Assembly (NCBI RefSeq): GCF_037042905.1
Contig: NC_087259.1
Coordinates: 22,878,001 to 22,942,000 of the forward strand
From: Lytechinus pictus
Lineage: Eukaryota
Direction: 5' to 3'
DNA length: 64,000 bases
The first letter of the stretch is position 1. Each line of letters begins with the position of its first letter. The notes under the pieces are model-generated. The model had not been told where the DNA came from. It saw only the letters and a list, made by a program, of their open reading frames with translations, and made no database searches. Positions 51,001 through 63,487 of the stretch are shown one piece after another. Made by a program: the position numbers and the translations under genes.

Positions 51001-53473
51001 CTCGCAGGACTGGTGGAACTTTGGCCACCGCGTAGTGTGATCATCATGAAGAAGATGCTAAAGTACGCGGGTCCATTTGGAATTTGTGCCATCCTAGCCG
51101 GGACTATTTTTGTCGAAAGGAACAAGAATCGCAGCACCAGAGACAACCTAAAAGATGCCGTCGAAGTCATTAAAAGAAAAGGAGTACGCCCCCCCCCCCA
51201 CCAAAAAACATCGCTATCCTATTCCTATTTACCTTGCACGTTTATTTATTCCCAATGAAATAGTATAAAATGTTCTTCTTTTTTTTAGGTGATAAATGTT
51301 GACTCCCCCCCCCCCCCATCTTGATAAGGTTTGTATTTATATAACACTCCAGCCAATGGAATTACATTAATTTATTGAGTATATCACCGTTCAGAATCTA
51401 TGTAAACAATCGAACTTATTTGCATTCCTTATTGCATAGGACAAGTCTGACACAAATCAATATTTCGATGTAGGAAGGATCATGGCAAGGGCATCTCATT
51501 TTTTTTAAATCAATACTGTTGCTTGTATAGATGGGGAAAGGAAACTACGTTAAATGGACAGATGTCACATCGCTTTGATTGATTATATATATATTTTTTT
51601 AGGTTTTCTTTGGAAGCTTAAAAATGCCACCCAGATGTTCAGATAATCATCTCATGTCTACCTCTCTAAGGGAAAAGGATGAGATGACGAGATCTCGGAT
51701 CTTGTCATTCCTGCATTTTGTAAAAGGGATGATCAGATGACGTGAACTTAGATCTTGTCATGTCTACATCCCGTGAGAGAGATGATCAGGTGGCAAGATC
51801 TTGTGTCATGTCAACATCCCGCAGGCATGGAGGGAGAGAGATGATCAGATGACAAGATCTCGGATCTCGTCATGTCTACATCTTTTAGAAAAGATGATCA
51901 GATGACATGATCTTGGATCTCGTCATGTCTACATCCAGTGGAAGAGATGATCAGATGACAAGATCTCAGATCTCGTCATGTCTAGATCCCGTGGAAGAGA
52001 TGATCAGGATGACAAGATCTTAGATCTCGTCAAGTCTACATTTTGTGTGAGAGATGACATGGATGGTGAGATAACAAGTTCTCGGATCAAAGGTCTTATC
52101 ATCTGGTCGTCTCTTCCACTGGATGTCGACATGACGAGATCCGAGATCTTGTCATCTAATCATCTCTTCTATAAAACTTTTATGAATCCCGAGTCTTGTC
52201 CTCATGTTCCTTTTTCCAACAGTACCGAGTTTTCTTTTTCCCCGAGGGAACGAGAAGATTAACTCAGAAGAATACAGAGAGTTCAGAACCCATGCTCCCC
52301 TTCAAAAAGGGGGCTTTCAATGTTGCCATTTTAACTCAGGTATAACGTCCTTTATTATTTTACATAACGATATATTTTTCATTCAAACAATGTTTCAACA
52401 TGACAGAGTCGTAAACGAAAGCAATACTATGATGTGGGTCATGCGAATGCGATATAAACGGTACTCGTACATCAGGAAGTATAAAGCTATTTGATATTAG
52501 TTATATGTATCAGACATCGAAAGTAAATATTATAGGTGGAAAAACTATTACCTATGATTCTATGACAGAACTGAGGTTCTTTCCGGCAGTATACAGGAAC
52601 ACTAGATTTACAATTATGAGTGAACATTTGGGAGTGTACCTGTAACCTTGGCAACGTAAATACATTAGACTTCTTGACATACAAAAAAAACATGGATAAT
52701 TCTTTTTTCGTTCGTTCTTTTGAATTGCAGGTGCCCATTGTCCCTATTGTATTCCAGTCACAGAAGCATCTAATTGATTTCAAGAAATACATTTTCGTTC
52801 CAGGTAAAAATATTTCTTCTTTGTATCATGTTGTATCTTATAATGCACTGATTTGACAACAGCCGATAAAAAAGTCCGTGCTGGTAGAAACATTGAAACA
52901 TAATTGGAAATTTATGGGGAAGAAATGGGGACAGGATGGGGTCGTAAGTTAAAAGTAGAGCACTTTCAAATTTCAATGGATCAAGAGGGGGGGGGGGTAG
53001 TCACGTGTTCGTATCCCTTCCATTCTGCTCATTTCCATGACGTTAGACTTGCAATTCATAAAAGACTCTATAGTATAATACGCGATACTGAATATTCATA
53101 CTAGAAAACATCTAATAACTACTTCGAACTCAATATTTTAGCAAGAAAGTCTACATTTTCCACACTGAACCGACGATGTCCGTATATCCATCCCTGCGTA
53201 ACCACGATCTTTATCAATGTACATGTATGTTGGCTTATATTTCAAAAGAGAGATGTTTATATTCACTGTTAATACTTAACACCTCTAAGAAATGGGTAAT
53301 CTTGCTTCACTTTCTGTTGCTATACCTCTATAGGTGAATATAAAGGAGTTGTCCTACCACCTATCTCAACAGAAGGACTGACTTTAGATGACGCCCAGGA
53401 TCTGTGTGACAGAGTTCGCGCCAAGATGATCGACTGTTTCAACGAACTTGAGAATGGGTCACACACCAAATGA
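44825..53473 (+). CDS. AGPAT1: 1-acyl-sn-glycerol-3-phosphate acyltransferase (AGPAT1/2-like), copy A, ~295 aa; join(44825..45072,46301..46434,51008..51183,52223..52339,52731..52803,53334..53473)
   Basis: PlsC motifs NHQSSLD, GTIFVER, FPEGTR, LPFKKGAF and VPIVPIV; N-terminal hydrophobic segments; phases consistent. AGPAT1 versus AGPAT2 cannot be resolved. Confidence 0.92.
46301..46434 (+). CDS. AGPAT1: AGPAT copy A exon 2
   Basis: PFVIVCNHQSSLDCL catalytic motif. Confidence 0.93.
46938..47876 (-). mobile_element. Non-autonomous Helentron/DINE-1-like element with ~5 internal 162-bp tandem repeats
   Basis: Subterminal IR GTCTCACCTGCAT (46961) / ATGCAGGTGAGAC (47859), short terminal hairpin, (GCC)n microsatellite, A-run ends, 162-bp period. 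Confidence 0.75.
47970..48548. mobile_element. TTAA-flanked palindromic MITE, same family as 37834-38412
   Basis: Near-identical to 37834-38412; TTAA on both sides. Confidence 0.88.
48787..50017. mobile_element. TTAA-flanked MITE (family of 39612-40201) interrupted by a CCCGGG MITE
   Basis: AGGAGAATGAAAC / GTTTCATTCTCCT ends; TTAA TSD. Confidence 0.85.
48999..49638. mobile_element. CCCGGG-terminal MITE, nested
   Basis: Same TIR as 40737-41306, opposite orientation; 8-bp TSD CTTTAGTA. Confidence 0.9.
50447..50675. mobile_element. CACTG-terminal MITE (EnSpm/CACTA-like)
   Basis: CACTGCAAAAAC / GTTTTTGCAGTG ends; internal AACACCAG subterminal repeats in both orientations. Confidence 0.7.
51008..51183 (+). 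CDS. AGPAT1: AGPAT copy A exon 3
   Basis: KKMLKYAGPFGICAILAGTIFVER. Confidence 0.92.
51640..52169. repeat. 53-bp hairpin-forming minisatellite with one inverted unit
   Basis: GATGATCAGATGACAAGATCTCGGATCTCGTCATGTCTACATC units at 51728, 51781, 51840, 51893, 51946, 51999; inverted copy at ~52098-52169. Confidence 0.88.
52223..52339 (+). CDS. AGPAT1: AGPAT copy A exon 4
   Basis: YRVFFFPEGTRRLTQKNTESSEPMLPFKKGAFNVAILTQ. Confidence 0.93.
52731..52803 (+). CDS. AGPAT1: AGPAT copy A exon 5
   Basis: VPIVPIVFQSQKHLIDFKKYIFVP. Confidence 0.92.
53334..53473 (+). CDS. AGPAT1: AGPAT copy A exon 6 (last)
   Basis: GEYKGVVLPPISTEGLTLDDAQDLCDRVRAKM...HTK*. Confidence 0.92.
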
Positions 53474-53545
53474 ATGACAGCTTATTTCATGAACTAGTCG
53501 ATAGACATACACAGCAGGATGCTTAGACTATATACGTTCGGAGTA

Positions 53546-53776
53546 CACTGTAAAAAATATTGGGTAAAATTTTAACCAGCACGAGGGTAAGTATGTGTCC
53601 AACCAGTTTGGGGCAGTATTTTACCCAATGCGGGAAGCATAAGCAGCAAATGCTTTCTTTAATGGGCAAAATTTTCATCACACTGGATAAATAAAAATGC
53701 CAAAAAGAAATGCCTAATGTTGGTTGGACACGTAATTACCCTCATGGAGCATTATTACCCACAATTTTTTAGAGTG
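53546..53776. mobile_element. CACT-terminal MITE in the AGPAT-A 3' region
   Basis: CACTGTAAAAAATATTGGGTAA / TTACCCACAATTTTTTAGAGTG ends; TA flanks. Confidence 0.7.
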
Positions 53777-54707
53777 TATACTGAATTGATATGGGATTTA
53801 AAAAAAAGAATGTTTTAATAATCAATCGACAGTGTCAACGAATTTCTGTGCCTACTTTGAAAAGATTGCCCGTTTGTCTATTTCAACAAATTTGTGGAAA
53901 GTTTAAGCGCTTTTAACCAACTAATTTGTTCTCAGCCAGTCGGATACCAGGATTATGGGAGATCATAGAAATTGACATAACTGAATACTCGCCTTATATA
54001 GTAAATTATACTCCTGCATATATCTGCATTAAAACATAGTGGTGTGACCATGACTATAGATATGATAGAGAGCAATTTTGTACAGGAAGTTGATTCTTAC
54101 ATGTATTATGCCATGTTTTATACTTCGTTTCTTCCTCATCATTATTCATAATAAGATTAAGAATAATAAAAATTCAAACTAGTCTCTTCAGTTCTAGTAC
54201 ACAGAAGAAGTGGGTAAAATGCACTAGAAATGCCATGTGCATGGTAACTTCAAGTTTTTCTAAACACGATAAAGCATTTCCATACTATTGTCAGTGACAG
54301 TATTTTCAGTCATGACATATTTTCCTTCAGACATTTTGAGCATAAAATTCTGGGTCCTTCTCATCATGGAGCTTAGTAGCTCCATGGTTCATAAAAACTT
54401 GCAACTATTGTTATTTTGCTATTACTATACCTACAGTGGAAACCTTGATGTTTAATTGGCTGCTGAACAATAATGGCAAAGTTACAATAGTTATATGGAC
54501 ATGATGAAATGGCCTCCAAATGTTATAGCTCGTATTGACTTAACGATAAGAACACTTGTTCTCTCTTTCTTTCTCCTGTTTCCAACTTTTAACACTCCGC
54601 ACGATTCAACAAAATCTGCTTAATTAGACCTACCTCAACATAATAAGGTCCATTTACCTATTTCTCGATTTTTGATAAGATAATCGAGTTTTATTTGGAA
54701 TACTATA

Positions 54708-55526
54708 CAGTGCGTCCCAGAAAAAACGAAACCGAGATTTAGCGATGATTTATCATAACTTAATCATAAATAAAATAGACAAATGACCTACCAATGTAAA
54801 GCTTAGAATCTCCTCTTTCATCTGATATCACTTAGATAATTCCTCATTCACGCATGAGTGAGCAAAAACAATTTGAAGAAAGGATACCAAAAACTCATTT
54901 GGCGGGGGGTATCTGAATTTCAAAAAGAAAATCACATGACTGAAAAGTTCAATATCTGCTCTTTTATTTGATACCTTAATCACAGAAAATGGTCACGAAG
55001 TAAAAAAGTTATGATCCCTCGAAACAATGCTTGTATTTCCATAATTTCATTAAATAAACGTGTTTTCACTGGTTTCCCACAGAAGCTATCGCACGGTAAC
55101 AAAAGACTTAATGCATGGCTGATCGTCAACAAAACGGAATGTCGAGAGAGTTTGAACGCTTGCCTGTAAAACCTCTTCATTTTATGAAATTATTGAAATT
55201 CAAGCCTTATTTCAAATAACCAGAACTTTGTTATTTCTTGACCATTTTCTGTAATTGAGGTATCAAATTAAAGAGCAGATATTGAACTTTTAAGTCATGT
55301 GGTTTTCTTTTTAAAACCCAGATACGGCCCGCCAAATGAGTTTTTGGTATCCTTTCTTCAAATTGTTTTTGCTCACTCATGCGTGAATGAGGAATTGTCT
55401 AAGTAATACCAGATGAAAGAGGAGATTCTAAGCTTTAAAATGGTAGGTCATTTGTCTATTGTATTTGTGATTAAGTTATGATAAATCATCGATAAATCTC
55501 GGTTTCGTTTTTTGTGGGACGCACTG
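54708..55526. mobile_element. Tc1/mariner-like palindromic MITE
   Basis: CAGTGCGTCCCA / TGGGACGCACTG termini, TIRs of about 300 bp, TA TSD. Confidence 0.9.
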
Positions 55527-56465
55527 TACAGTTGAGTCGCCAGCGTTCAGCGCGCCATTGCCAGGTGATTGCACTTTGGACAGTTGAACTCTGCACGTTT
55601 AGAAAACGATAAACATCATGAACATGGCGAGAGAATAGAATTAATTACCTAATATTTGAGATGTTCGTTAATAAGTATACACCTCCAGCAATTAGGTATT
55701 ACATCAAGATTCTTTAAACTACTTCGTCAGAGAAACATATCTAGACTTCGTACCTCTAAATAACTAATGTTCAATTTACGTGAATTGTGTTTTCTCTTAG
55801 CACACGCCTGCAACGTTTCAAAATTTCAAACCGAGATTTATCATGTGTATTTCAATTACAAACGATTTCGCAGCATTTATGGTTTCTAATTCAGCAATCA
55901 TGATTTTTTTGCTGTCACGTGGAGTTTGACGATCGACATTCTGAAGAATTCTGAAGTAGGAAGCATCACGAGATACTAACGGAATCACAACAGACTGTGT
56001 GTTACTTATTGGTTTCGTTATAGCAGTGTTGTAGTATAAAACCGAATTTAAAAATTACGACAGGACAAATCTAAGATTGTGGCAAAAGACCCCGCATATT
56101 TCCTTTAAATACCATTAATATACGCCATCACTAAGTGGTTTCCATCTCTAACCGTCAATTGACAAGAATCAGGAAAGCTAGCTGAAGATTTGCAGCGACA
56201 AACAGGAACCACGGACTATAATAACTAATTCATGTAAATAACAGGCAATATTAATTGCACAATTCGACCAAGTTATCAAAATAATTATGTATTTATTCCG
56301 GATTCTTTTTCTGCAACACACATCACGAATACATTATGTATGATAGATATGTCATACTGCGTTTTAAGAGTCTTCACAATATATATAGACATCACGAACA
56401 AGGTCTCATTGAAACGCCATCGTCATTTCGTCGTCAACTAAGATCTCAAGACCGTACCGTCGATC

Positions 56466-56713
56466 ATGGCCTGGGACACAGAAGACACGGATGGAAGCAC
56501 TACTGCAATTGGTCCAGTTCCTGGAACCGATCTCTCACCTTCAATCCGTGTTCCGTGGAGTATTGTAGTCGCATTGATGCTCCTGGTCCTACTTTGTAGC
56601 CGCAAAATTCGGTTCTACCTCAAATACCACTCTTTCGCTGGAATCTATTTCTTTTTCGGCATCATCAGTATACCTATTATGCTCTTCAACGCCTGTGATC
56701 CAAAATCAACCAG
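56466..56713 (+). CDS. AGPAT1: AGPAT copy B exon 1
   Basis: MAWDTE...RKIRFYLKYHSFAGIYFFFGII; 248 nt like copy A. Confidence 0.88.
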
Positions 56714-59700
56714 GTATAGTACATACTTCTTTATCGACATGTCTATTCTGTGAGCTCTAGATATTTAAACCTTATTAGCTTACCCTTACCGCGAGAATTA
56801 CAATTATTCAAGTCTTTAAATCTTTATATTAAGCAGTTTCTCTGCAGAGTGGGAGGGACGGGAAACGACAGTTTAGCAGTATACCCCTGTACTTCATTAA
56901 TAAAAATGAAATATAGGATTCATATAGCGCACGTATCCACCTTGTTAGGTGCTCAAGGTACTCCTTGTTTACCCGGCTAAGCTAGTCTACCAATTCCGGT
57001 GCTTACAGCTTCCTGTGGAATTCCATTCTGCCGGTACCCATTTACCTCACCTGGGTTGAGTGCAGCACAATGATGGTAATTTTTTTGCTGAAGGAAAACA
57101 CGCCATGGCTGGGAATCGAACCCACTTCCCTAAGATTGAAAGACGAGAGTCTTAACCATTAGACCACGACGCCCCCATTTATCATGTCAATGTGAGACTG
57201 AAGTGTCCTCAACGGGCATTGAAGTTGAGTAAAAAGTTTAATATGATTTTGCAAATATATTGCGTAACACATGATTGAATAGTCAAGGTACTATTAATAA
57301 GACCAAAAAGTGATTAATTGTAGTCCAGGTGGCTCATGTTATTCAAAAAAATATATATTGATTTCTTATTGCAAAACATGAAATTCAATTCACAAAAAAA
57401 TAACTATAGATTATATTTTGAGTAAGTATATTTCTGTTTCTGTTTGTGGTAACTCCCGTAGGAACTCGGCAGGACAGCATTTTGCTGGTAAACGCCAAAC
57501 TGGTATATAACCAATTACCTTGGAAACATTTTACGTCTAGGTTAATCAGTTAATAGTTCATCCCTTCGTAAGTCTAACTATGCTAACTTTGTCTAAAAGT
57601 TGAGTGGCACAGTGGAAAAACGATGTACTCTTGCCCAAATGCTGCAAATGAACCTTCATAGTTCAGTCAAATATTAACTTCGTTAATCAGGCCACCTGCA
57701 GAAATATATCACTGACCTATTACTTTTGTTGAATATTAATCTAAACAGTCGGTTATCAATCCTTTAGCTTTTGATAGGCATCACTCTACAAACTAATAAT
57801 CCGGTGATTTGTGCTATGTCACATATGAAGAAAGTAAAATCGAATGACTTAAAATGTTGTCCGATTGTGAATATATCAAAATATTGTACTCATATTGGTT
57901 TATCATGATTTAATCACGAACCTCTATTTACAAAATAAATATCTCGTGCAATTACAGGAAGTGCTGGCAATCCATGATTTTCAATAATGTCACCCATTTA
58001 TTGGTGAAAGCAATTACGTTATTTCGAACGACAAATCCAAGCATCGGTCGATGGTGTGACAGTATGGTTTATTTCCAATTCGTCCAATTGCCAAGTCGTC
58101 TGCTATCATTTGGTGTATAATCGGTTCATCCACTATCCACATGGTCTAATTGCCAATTCGTCCACTCACCATTTGGTCTAATTGGACTAACGTGTTAATT
58201 GTGCAAAATGAATGAAAATGAAATGGATATTAGGCCAACTGGTTATGAGACGAAATGGTCATAGACGAAATGGTGATTAGACGAAGTGATGATCGGACCA
58301 AATGGTGATTGGAGCAAATGGTTGCTAGACGAAATTTTGATGGACGAAATTGCATTAGACTAAATGAAAGTAGACCATGTGTGGAGTGGACAAGTTGGCA
58401 GTAGACGAATTGGCAATTTACCAACAGTATCGTGGAATGGTCATATGGCGTGTTCCTTAAAAATAAGATTTTGTTTTCTTTCAATTTCGTTTCATTTTTA
58501 TTTAGAACAATGCGCTTTATGCCACGAATCTTGCATCAAAATAATGTACCTTTTTACCTCAGAATTCCGAGATTACTGGTCCGGAGGGTGCAGAGTCCAC
58601 TATTCGGTATCACGACCAAGATGATCGGAATGGAACGATATCCGGAAGGCCCCTTTGTCATTGTCTGTAATCATCAAAGCTCACTTGATTGTATAGGTAA
58701 TATTCCTTCTTTTATGTCCTGCAGTTTTAGAAAGTGAACAAAGTGGTATATCCTCGATCTCGACGACGGCCCTGCATGTCGTTCGTCGTGTACTTAGTCT
58801 ATATCGAAGTTAGATACGGAGTCTATATCGAAGTTAGATACGGAATTCTGAACAGCGCCACGAACATCGGCAAGATGCTTTCAAAGTTACATTGTCTGTT
58901 AATGCAGAACAACTCCCACTTCCCTGGTTCATGTGTAGGGTATTATGTTTGCTGATTTGGTAAACACGAAATGCATATCGGCCAACATCCACATTTGCTA
59001 CATCATTTAAGAAATGTTTGTTTTGATTTCTGATCGGTAGGTTCTCATGGCTATACTCAGTAGAAAGGGTGGATACAATAGGGCCTTCATGATATTAATA
59101 CGATGTTTTAGTAACACCTGGAATACCCTACAGTTCACATGGTTCATGTGATCAAATCAAAGGAAGTTTTATTCACAACTCGACATTATCGAAAAAAAAT
59201 TTGCTTTTGAAATGGGATTGGCAAGGGAAGGAAAGGATAAACCTTTGCCGCTTCAATCCAATTTGAAATCTTTCGAGGAATCCAACCTGATCCTCCACCT
59301 GCCACTCGCATCTCTAGGCCTCTCTTGATGTTGCACACAAAGGGACATTAAATGTCTATACTAACTCTAAATGACCTCTCATCTGTCTTTCAATGCAGGT
59401 TTAATGGAGCTCTGGCCTACCCGATGTGTAATACTCATGAAGAAAATGCTTAAGTACGCAGGACCATTCGGCCTGGGAGCCATCTTGGCCGGGTCCATCT
59501 TTGTCGACAGGTCTAACAACCGAAGCGCCAAAGACACTTTAAGCCAAGCTGTAAAGATCATTCAGACCAAGGGTGTAAGTTGTAATAACCTGCGACATGA
59601 TTCAAAGTGATTCAAACAAGGCATAACAATTAGTATACTTTCACTTCTCTCATAAACACTTTAAAGATTGATCAAAATAACCAATGTATTGGTGAATATA

Positions 59701-61420
59701 TGTGTCCACCCCCCCCCCCAAAAAAAAGTCAAATTCAACTGATTCAATCATTTGTTAGAATATCTTATTTTTTGTGTGATTTTGACCACTATTATTGGTC
59801 GGACATAATTCACCATCACCATTATGTTTTTTTAAGAATGGAGTTGACGAAAATAACTTTTTATCATTTTTAAAAGTACACGCATTAAATAATCATCTTC
59901 AGAAACAACACCACATGGAATGAATTAGGATGTTTAGGGGAATGTGAACATGATGGTGGCTGTCGTGTCTAAAATAATATTATTTAGCCTAATATCACGA
60001 TTGTACGGTGTACTTTCTTTTCTTTTTATCACTATCTCACAGTATCGAGTATTCATTTTCCCCGAAGGAACCAGAAAGTTACCAAAGGAATCATCGGGGA
60101 CGATTGGCAATTCAGAACCACTGCTCCCGTTTAAAAGGGGAGCATTCAACCTCGCGATTCTCTCACAGGTATTTTCTAAATTAAATCCAACCGTGTGCTC
60201 TACCAAAAAGTTGATGTTTCTTGACTTTATTCCAACAAATTACATGCTTTATTCTTGAATAAGTATTATTCTACATCATCCAGTTCAAGGGAACAGTCTT
60301 TGATTCGTTATGATCTGAAATCATAATAACTTCAGAAAACCAGCTATTATTTCGAACATGCAATTATTCATAGGGTCCTCTATAATGGAGACCATAAACA
60401 GTAAATTTGTGTCTCTTTATTTCATTTTGCGGTGATAGCTTCAATTCTTCGACATTTATTCAGTACATCGATTACGATAATCGAAACCAAAGATAATTAA
60501 GCTAACTGTCTTTACTGTTATAATTTCAGGTTCCAATTGTACCTGTCGTCTTCTCTTCGCAGAAGCATCTGATTGATTTCAAGGAATACAAATTCGTTTC
60601 CGGTATATAACTTTCACTTAGTAAACATTCCACACAAGTCAAGCAATTCATCATCATTATCGTCATCATTATCACTATCGTATATAACAAAATGGCACTG
60701 AATAAAGACACGCTCAAACATTTTCGTCTCACATTAATCACGGGCAAAACACTTTCTTTTCATTCTTCTGTCTTTATTCAACGCCATTTTGAGACTGTAG
60801 TAAAAAGACGGCTTTTCAATCATCATTCCATTACTCATTTGAGTGGGAGTCCAGTCCTCTTAATAATCTTTACAACTCAGAATTCTTTACCGAAAACAAA
60901 TCAAAACAACAGTTAAGTCCTTGATTCTGGTCAAAACGATATATTTGCAAATTTTCGTCAGCTCTGAAACTAAGGACGAAACCATCGAGCTAAAAAAAAT
61001 CCTTATTTCATAATGGAACGCAAAATTCACGAACGTGCTCTCCCTGATTTGACAATTTCCTTCAGTAGTTCCACCATAGTTCTATTCTTCAGTATTCTTT
61101 GGATTTCCTGCCATTGAAACATGATTGCCCTGATTGTCAAGAAAAATCTGTTCTCGACTGATTCATTTGATTATACTGCTTTACCACACTTGCATGAGCT
61201 AGGTTCTCCCGCTATGGCATCGCGAATTTCCTTAAAAAGGAGGAAGACAGATTAATTATTCTGTTTTTTTTTTTCAACATTAGGTGAATACACAGGTGTC
61301 GTCCTGCCGCCCATATCAACCAAGGGGCTGACACTTGAGGATGTTCCTGATCTCAGTGACAGAGTCCGTTCCCAGATGATCGCTTGCTTCAACGAACTGG
61401 AACAAACTCAGAGCCGCTGA
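56466..61420 (+). CDS. AGPAT1: 1-acyl-sn-glycerol-3-phosphate acyltransferase (AGPAT1/2-like), copy B, ~297 aa; join(56466..56713,58563..58696,59399..59574,60043..60168,60530..60602,61284..61420)
   Basis: Same motifs (NHQSSLD, GSIFVDR, FPEGTR, LPFKRGAF) and the same intron positions as copy A. Confidence 0.92.
56895..57176 (-). mobile_element. tRNA-derived SINE in AGPAT-B intron 1
   Basis: A box TGGTCTAATGG, B box GGTTCGATTCC, central CACTCAACCCAGGTGAGGTAAATGGGTACC core, AT-rich tail; a degenerate core also occurs at ~40570. Confidence 0.85.
58066..58422. mobile_element. Small foldback MITE built of AGACGAAATGGT-like repeats
   Basis: GGTTTATTTCCAATTCGTC / GACGAATTGGCAATTTACC ends; 8-bp flanks GACAGTAT / AACAGTAT (7 of 8 match). 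Confidence 0.75.
58563..58696 (+). CDS. AGPAT1: AGPAT copy B exon 2
   Basis: PFVIVCNHQSSLDCI. Confidence 0.93.
59399..59574 (+). CDS. AGPAT1: AGPAT copy B exon 3
   Basis: KKMLKYAGPFGLGAILAGSIFVDR. Confidence 0.93.
60043..60168 (+). CDS. AGPAT1: AGPAT copy B exon 4
   Basis: YRVFIFPEGTRKLPKESSGTIGNSEPLLPFKRGAFNLAILSQ. Confidence 0.93.
60530..60602 (+). CDS. AGPAT1: AGPAT copy B exon 5
   Basis: VPIVPVVFSSQKHLIDFKEYKFVS. Confidence 0.92.
61284..61420 (+). CDS. AGPAT1: AGPAT copy B exon 6 (last)
   Basis: GEYTGVVLPPISTKGLTLEDVPDLSDRVRSQM...QSR*. Confidence 0.92.
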
Positions 61421-63487
61421 GGGCGCTGTCCTAGCTATCATGGACCTACTAAAAACACCTGACATGTAGGTCCATGCGCCAATCAAGATCGGGTTCGATG
61501 ACTTCGATATGACTTGTGAAAACTGCAGCGTTGGATCAGCAACTAATGTTGCCACAAAACCGTCAAATACTGTGGACACGGTGGAAAATACATCTTCACA
61601 GCTTTTAAAGACATCGCGAAACGACACAAGTTGGTTTCAATCTAGTCCGAACATTTCTCTGTTGATCTACGGACATTTGCTATTCTTCGCACATCGAGGA
61701 TACGGCCATTATGACGATTTCGGAGCCAGAAATGTACTATACTCTAACATGGACCTAAACTCTGATTACAGTAAAGCTTGATATGGCAATAAGCCCTAGC
61801 ATTACCATTATATAGGCCCCACCCATTATCATCCACATTTAGAAGAGGAAAAATCACTCCATGTGGAGTGTTGCCGTGGTTTGTTACTCAGGTCAACCAA
61901 CATGGTTGCATTAAGACTTACAATTTGTACTTTGTACGTAAAGAATCCATGTTGTCCCACATGTCTGCCCTTCGATCATGACTCAGTCACACTGTAGCGA
62001 GGACAATCGGACCGATAAAATACCGAACAAACAATATAAAACAAAAACACGGTTTTCAGTGTGACCAGTATGGTCAGTGTGATCCGATAGAGGTTCCCAC
62101 GTACACTAAACAGGTCATGCTCGGTCGATCCCAATCATGAGGCATGATCGGCCAAGAACACCTTCATTATTTTGGGAGCGATGCCTCCCCCTCCTTTTTT
62201 TTTTTTGGGGGGGGGTGCCAAATTTTTCGCGCCAATTCTAACCCCGTATTAGTCCGACTCTGGAACCGCGCGTGGTATAATTATGAGTCAATTCAACAAT
62301 ATTTATCAGGTTTCATGTTCAGGCATATGACAGATTAGGAACGCAAGTTTGCTACTACATTCATAATCTCGAGGTTTGTTTCATATTCATACACTTTTAG
62401 TCTTACATATTTAATGACTATCTAATAATTGTTGAACCATAAACTACATTCACATCAACGAAACCACTCCAGACCGTTCAAAGTTAATTCATTATTTCAA
62501 AAAGGGGTATCATCGGTCAGTTTGGAGTCTGCATCCTTGATGTGATTGGATAGACTTTTTGTTCTTTCAAACGTAAGTGGTTATGGATAAATAAATGCCT
62601 AACATCGGTTTCACGTGCATGGGAAATCTGTGATCAAACGTAAAAGATTCATAATATAGTTATGGTTTGTTCTGACTTATCTTTTATTTCAACTGTAATA
62701 TATCCTCAGGATGATTATACTCTCGCATCAATATACCATTTCAATAAATATTTAAGATATTTCTGTTTGAGTACATATTGTCCCTTGTCTTGTCTTGTGA
62801 TTACTGAACTTGATCGTATTAAAGAGGCTATAGACGTGCAGGCCATTCATGCAATCACTGCCGCTATATACTTCTTTTAATGAGCAAATTTTTGCTCAGC
62901 TGTTTCTTAAATGCAGTTAGATCGGGTGCATTTTTAGTAGGACTCTAGGAGAAAATGAAATTCTATACCTGTTTTTAGATTCTTATACATGTTTGGCAAA
63001 ATGTTATCGTTAAGAGAATATTAAAAGGAAAAGAGACGGGTCGAGTTGTGCTTATTATTGTCCCATTCCTAAAAGGCAATACCCCTAACAATTGTTTTGA
63101 ATATTAATTAAGTCAGCCAAGCCTATCGCTGAAAATGTAATCAAAATCGGATGTAAAAGAAGAGTCACAACAATTTGCATTTCATTTAATTTACAAAAGA
63201 AGTAATATGCATATAGAGCCTACCTTCTTTGGTGTACAAGTGAGGGAACTAATGATGTCACTCACTCTCTATTATTTTCTTCTGAATATCACTTTATTTT
63301 ACAAGGTAATCATGGTAATACAAGATTTGATTTGATGCGCGTGCATTGTTTTTATTCAATGAAGAGCTCCCTCACTGACAAATTTGCGAAAATTGAAATA
63401 TTCTACATTATTTCTACACAAAACAAATGGTTAGCATAAAAAAATGGGGGAAATGTCACAACTTTTTAATTCTACTTCCGATTTTAA

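Noticed and set aside
57100-57176. tRNA gene
   Set aside because: The A and B boxes continue into a SINE body and tail, and the cloverleaf is imperfect.
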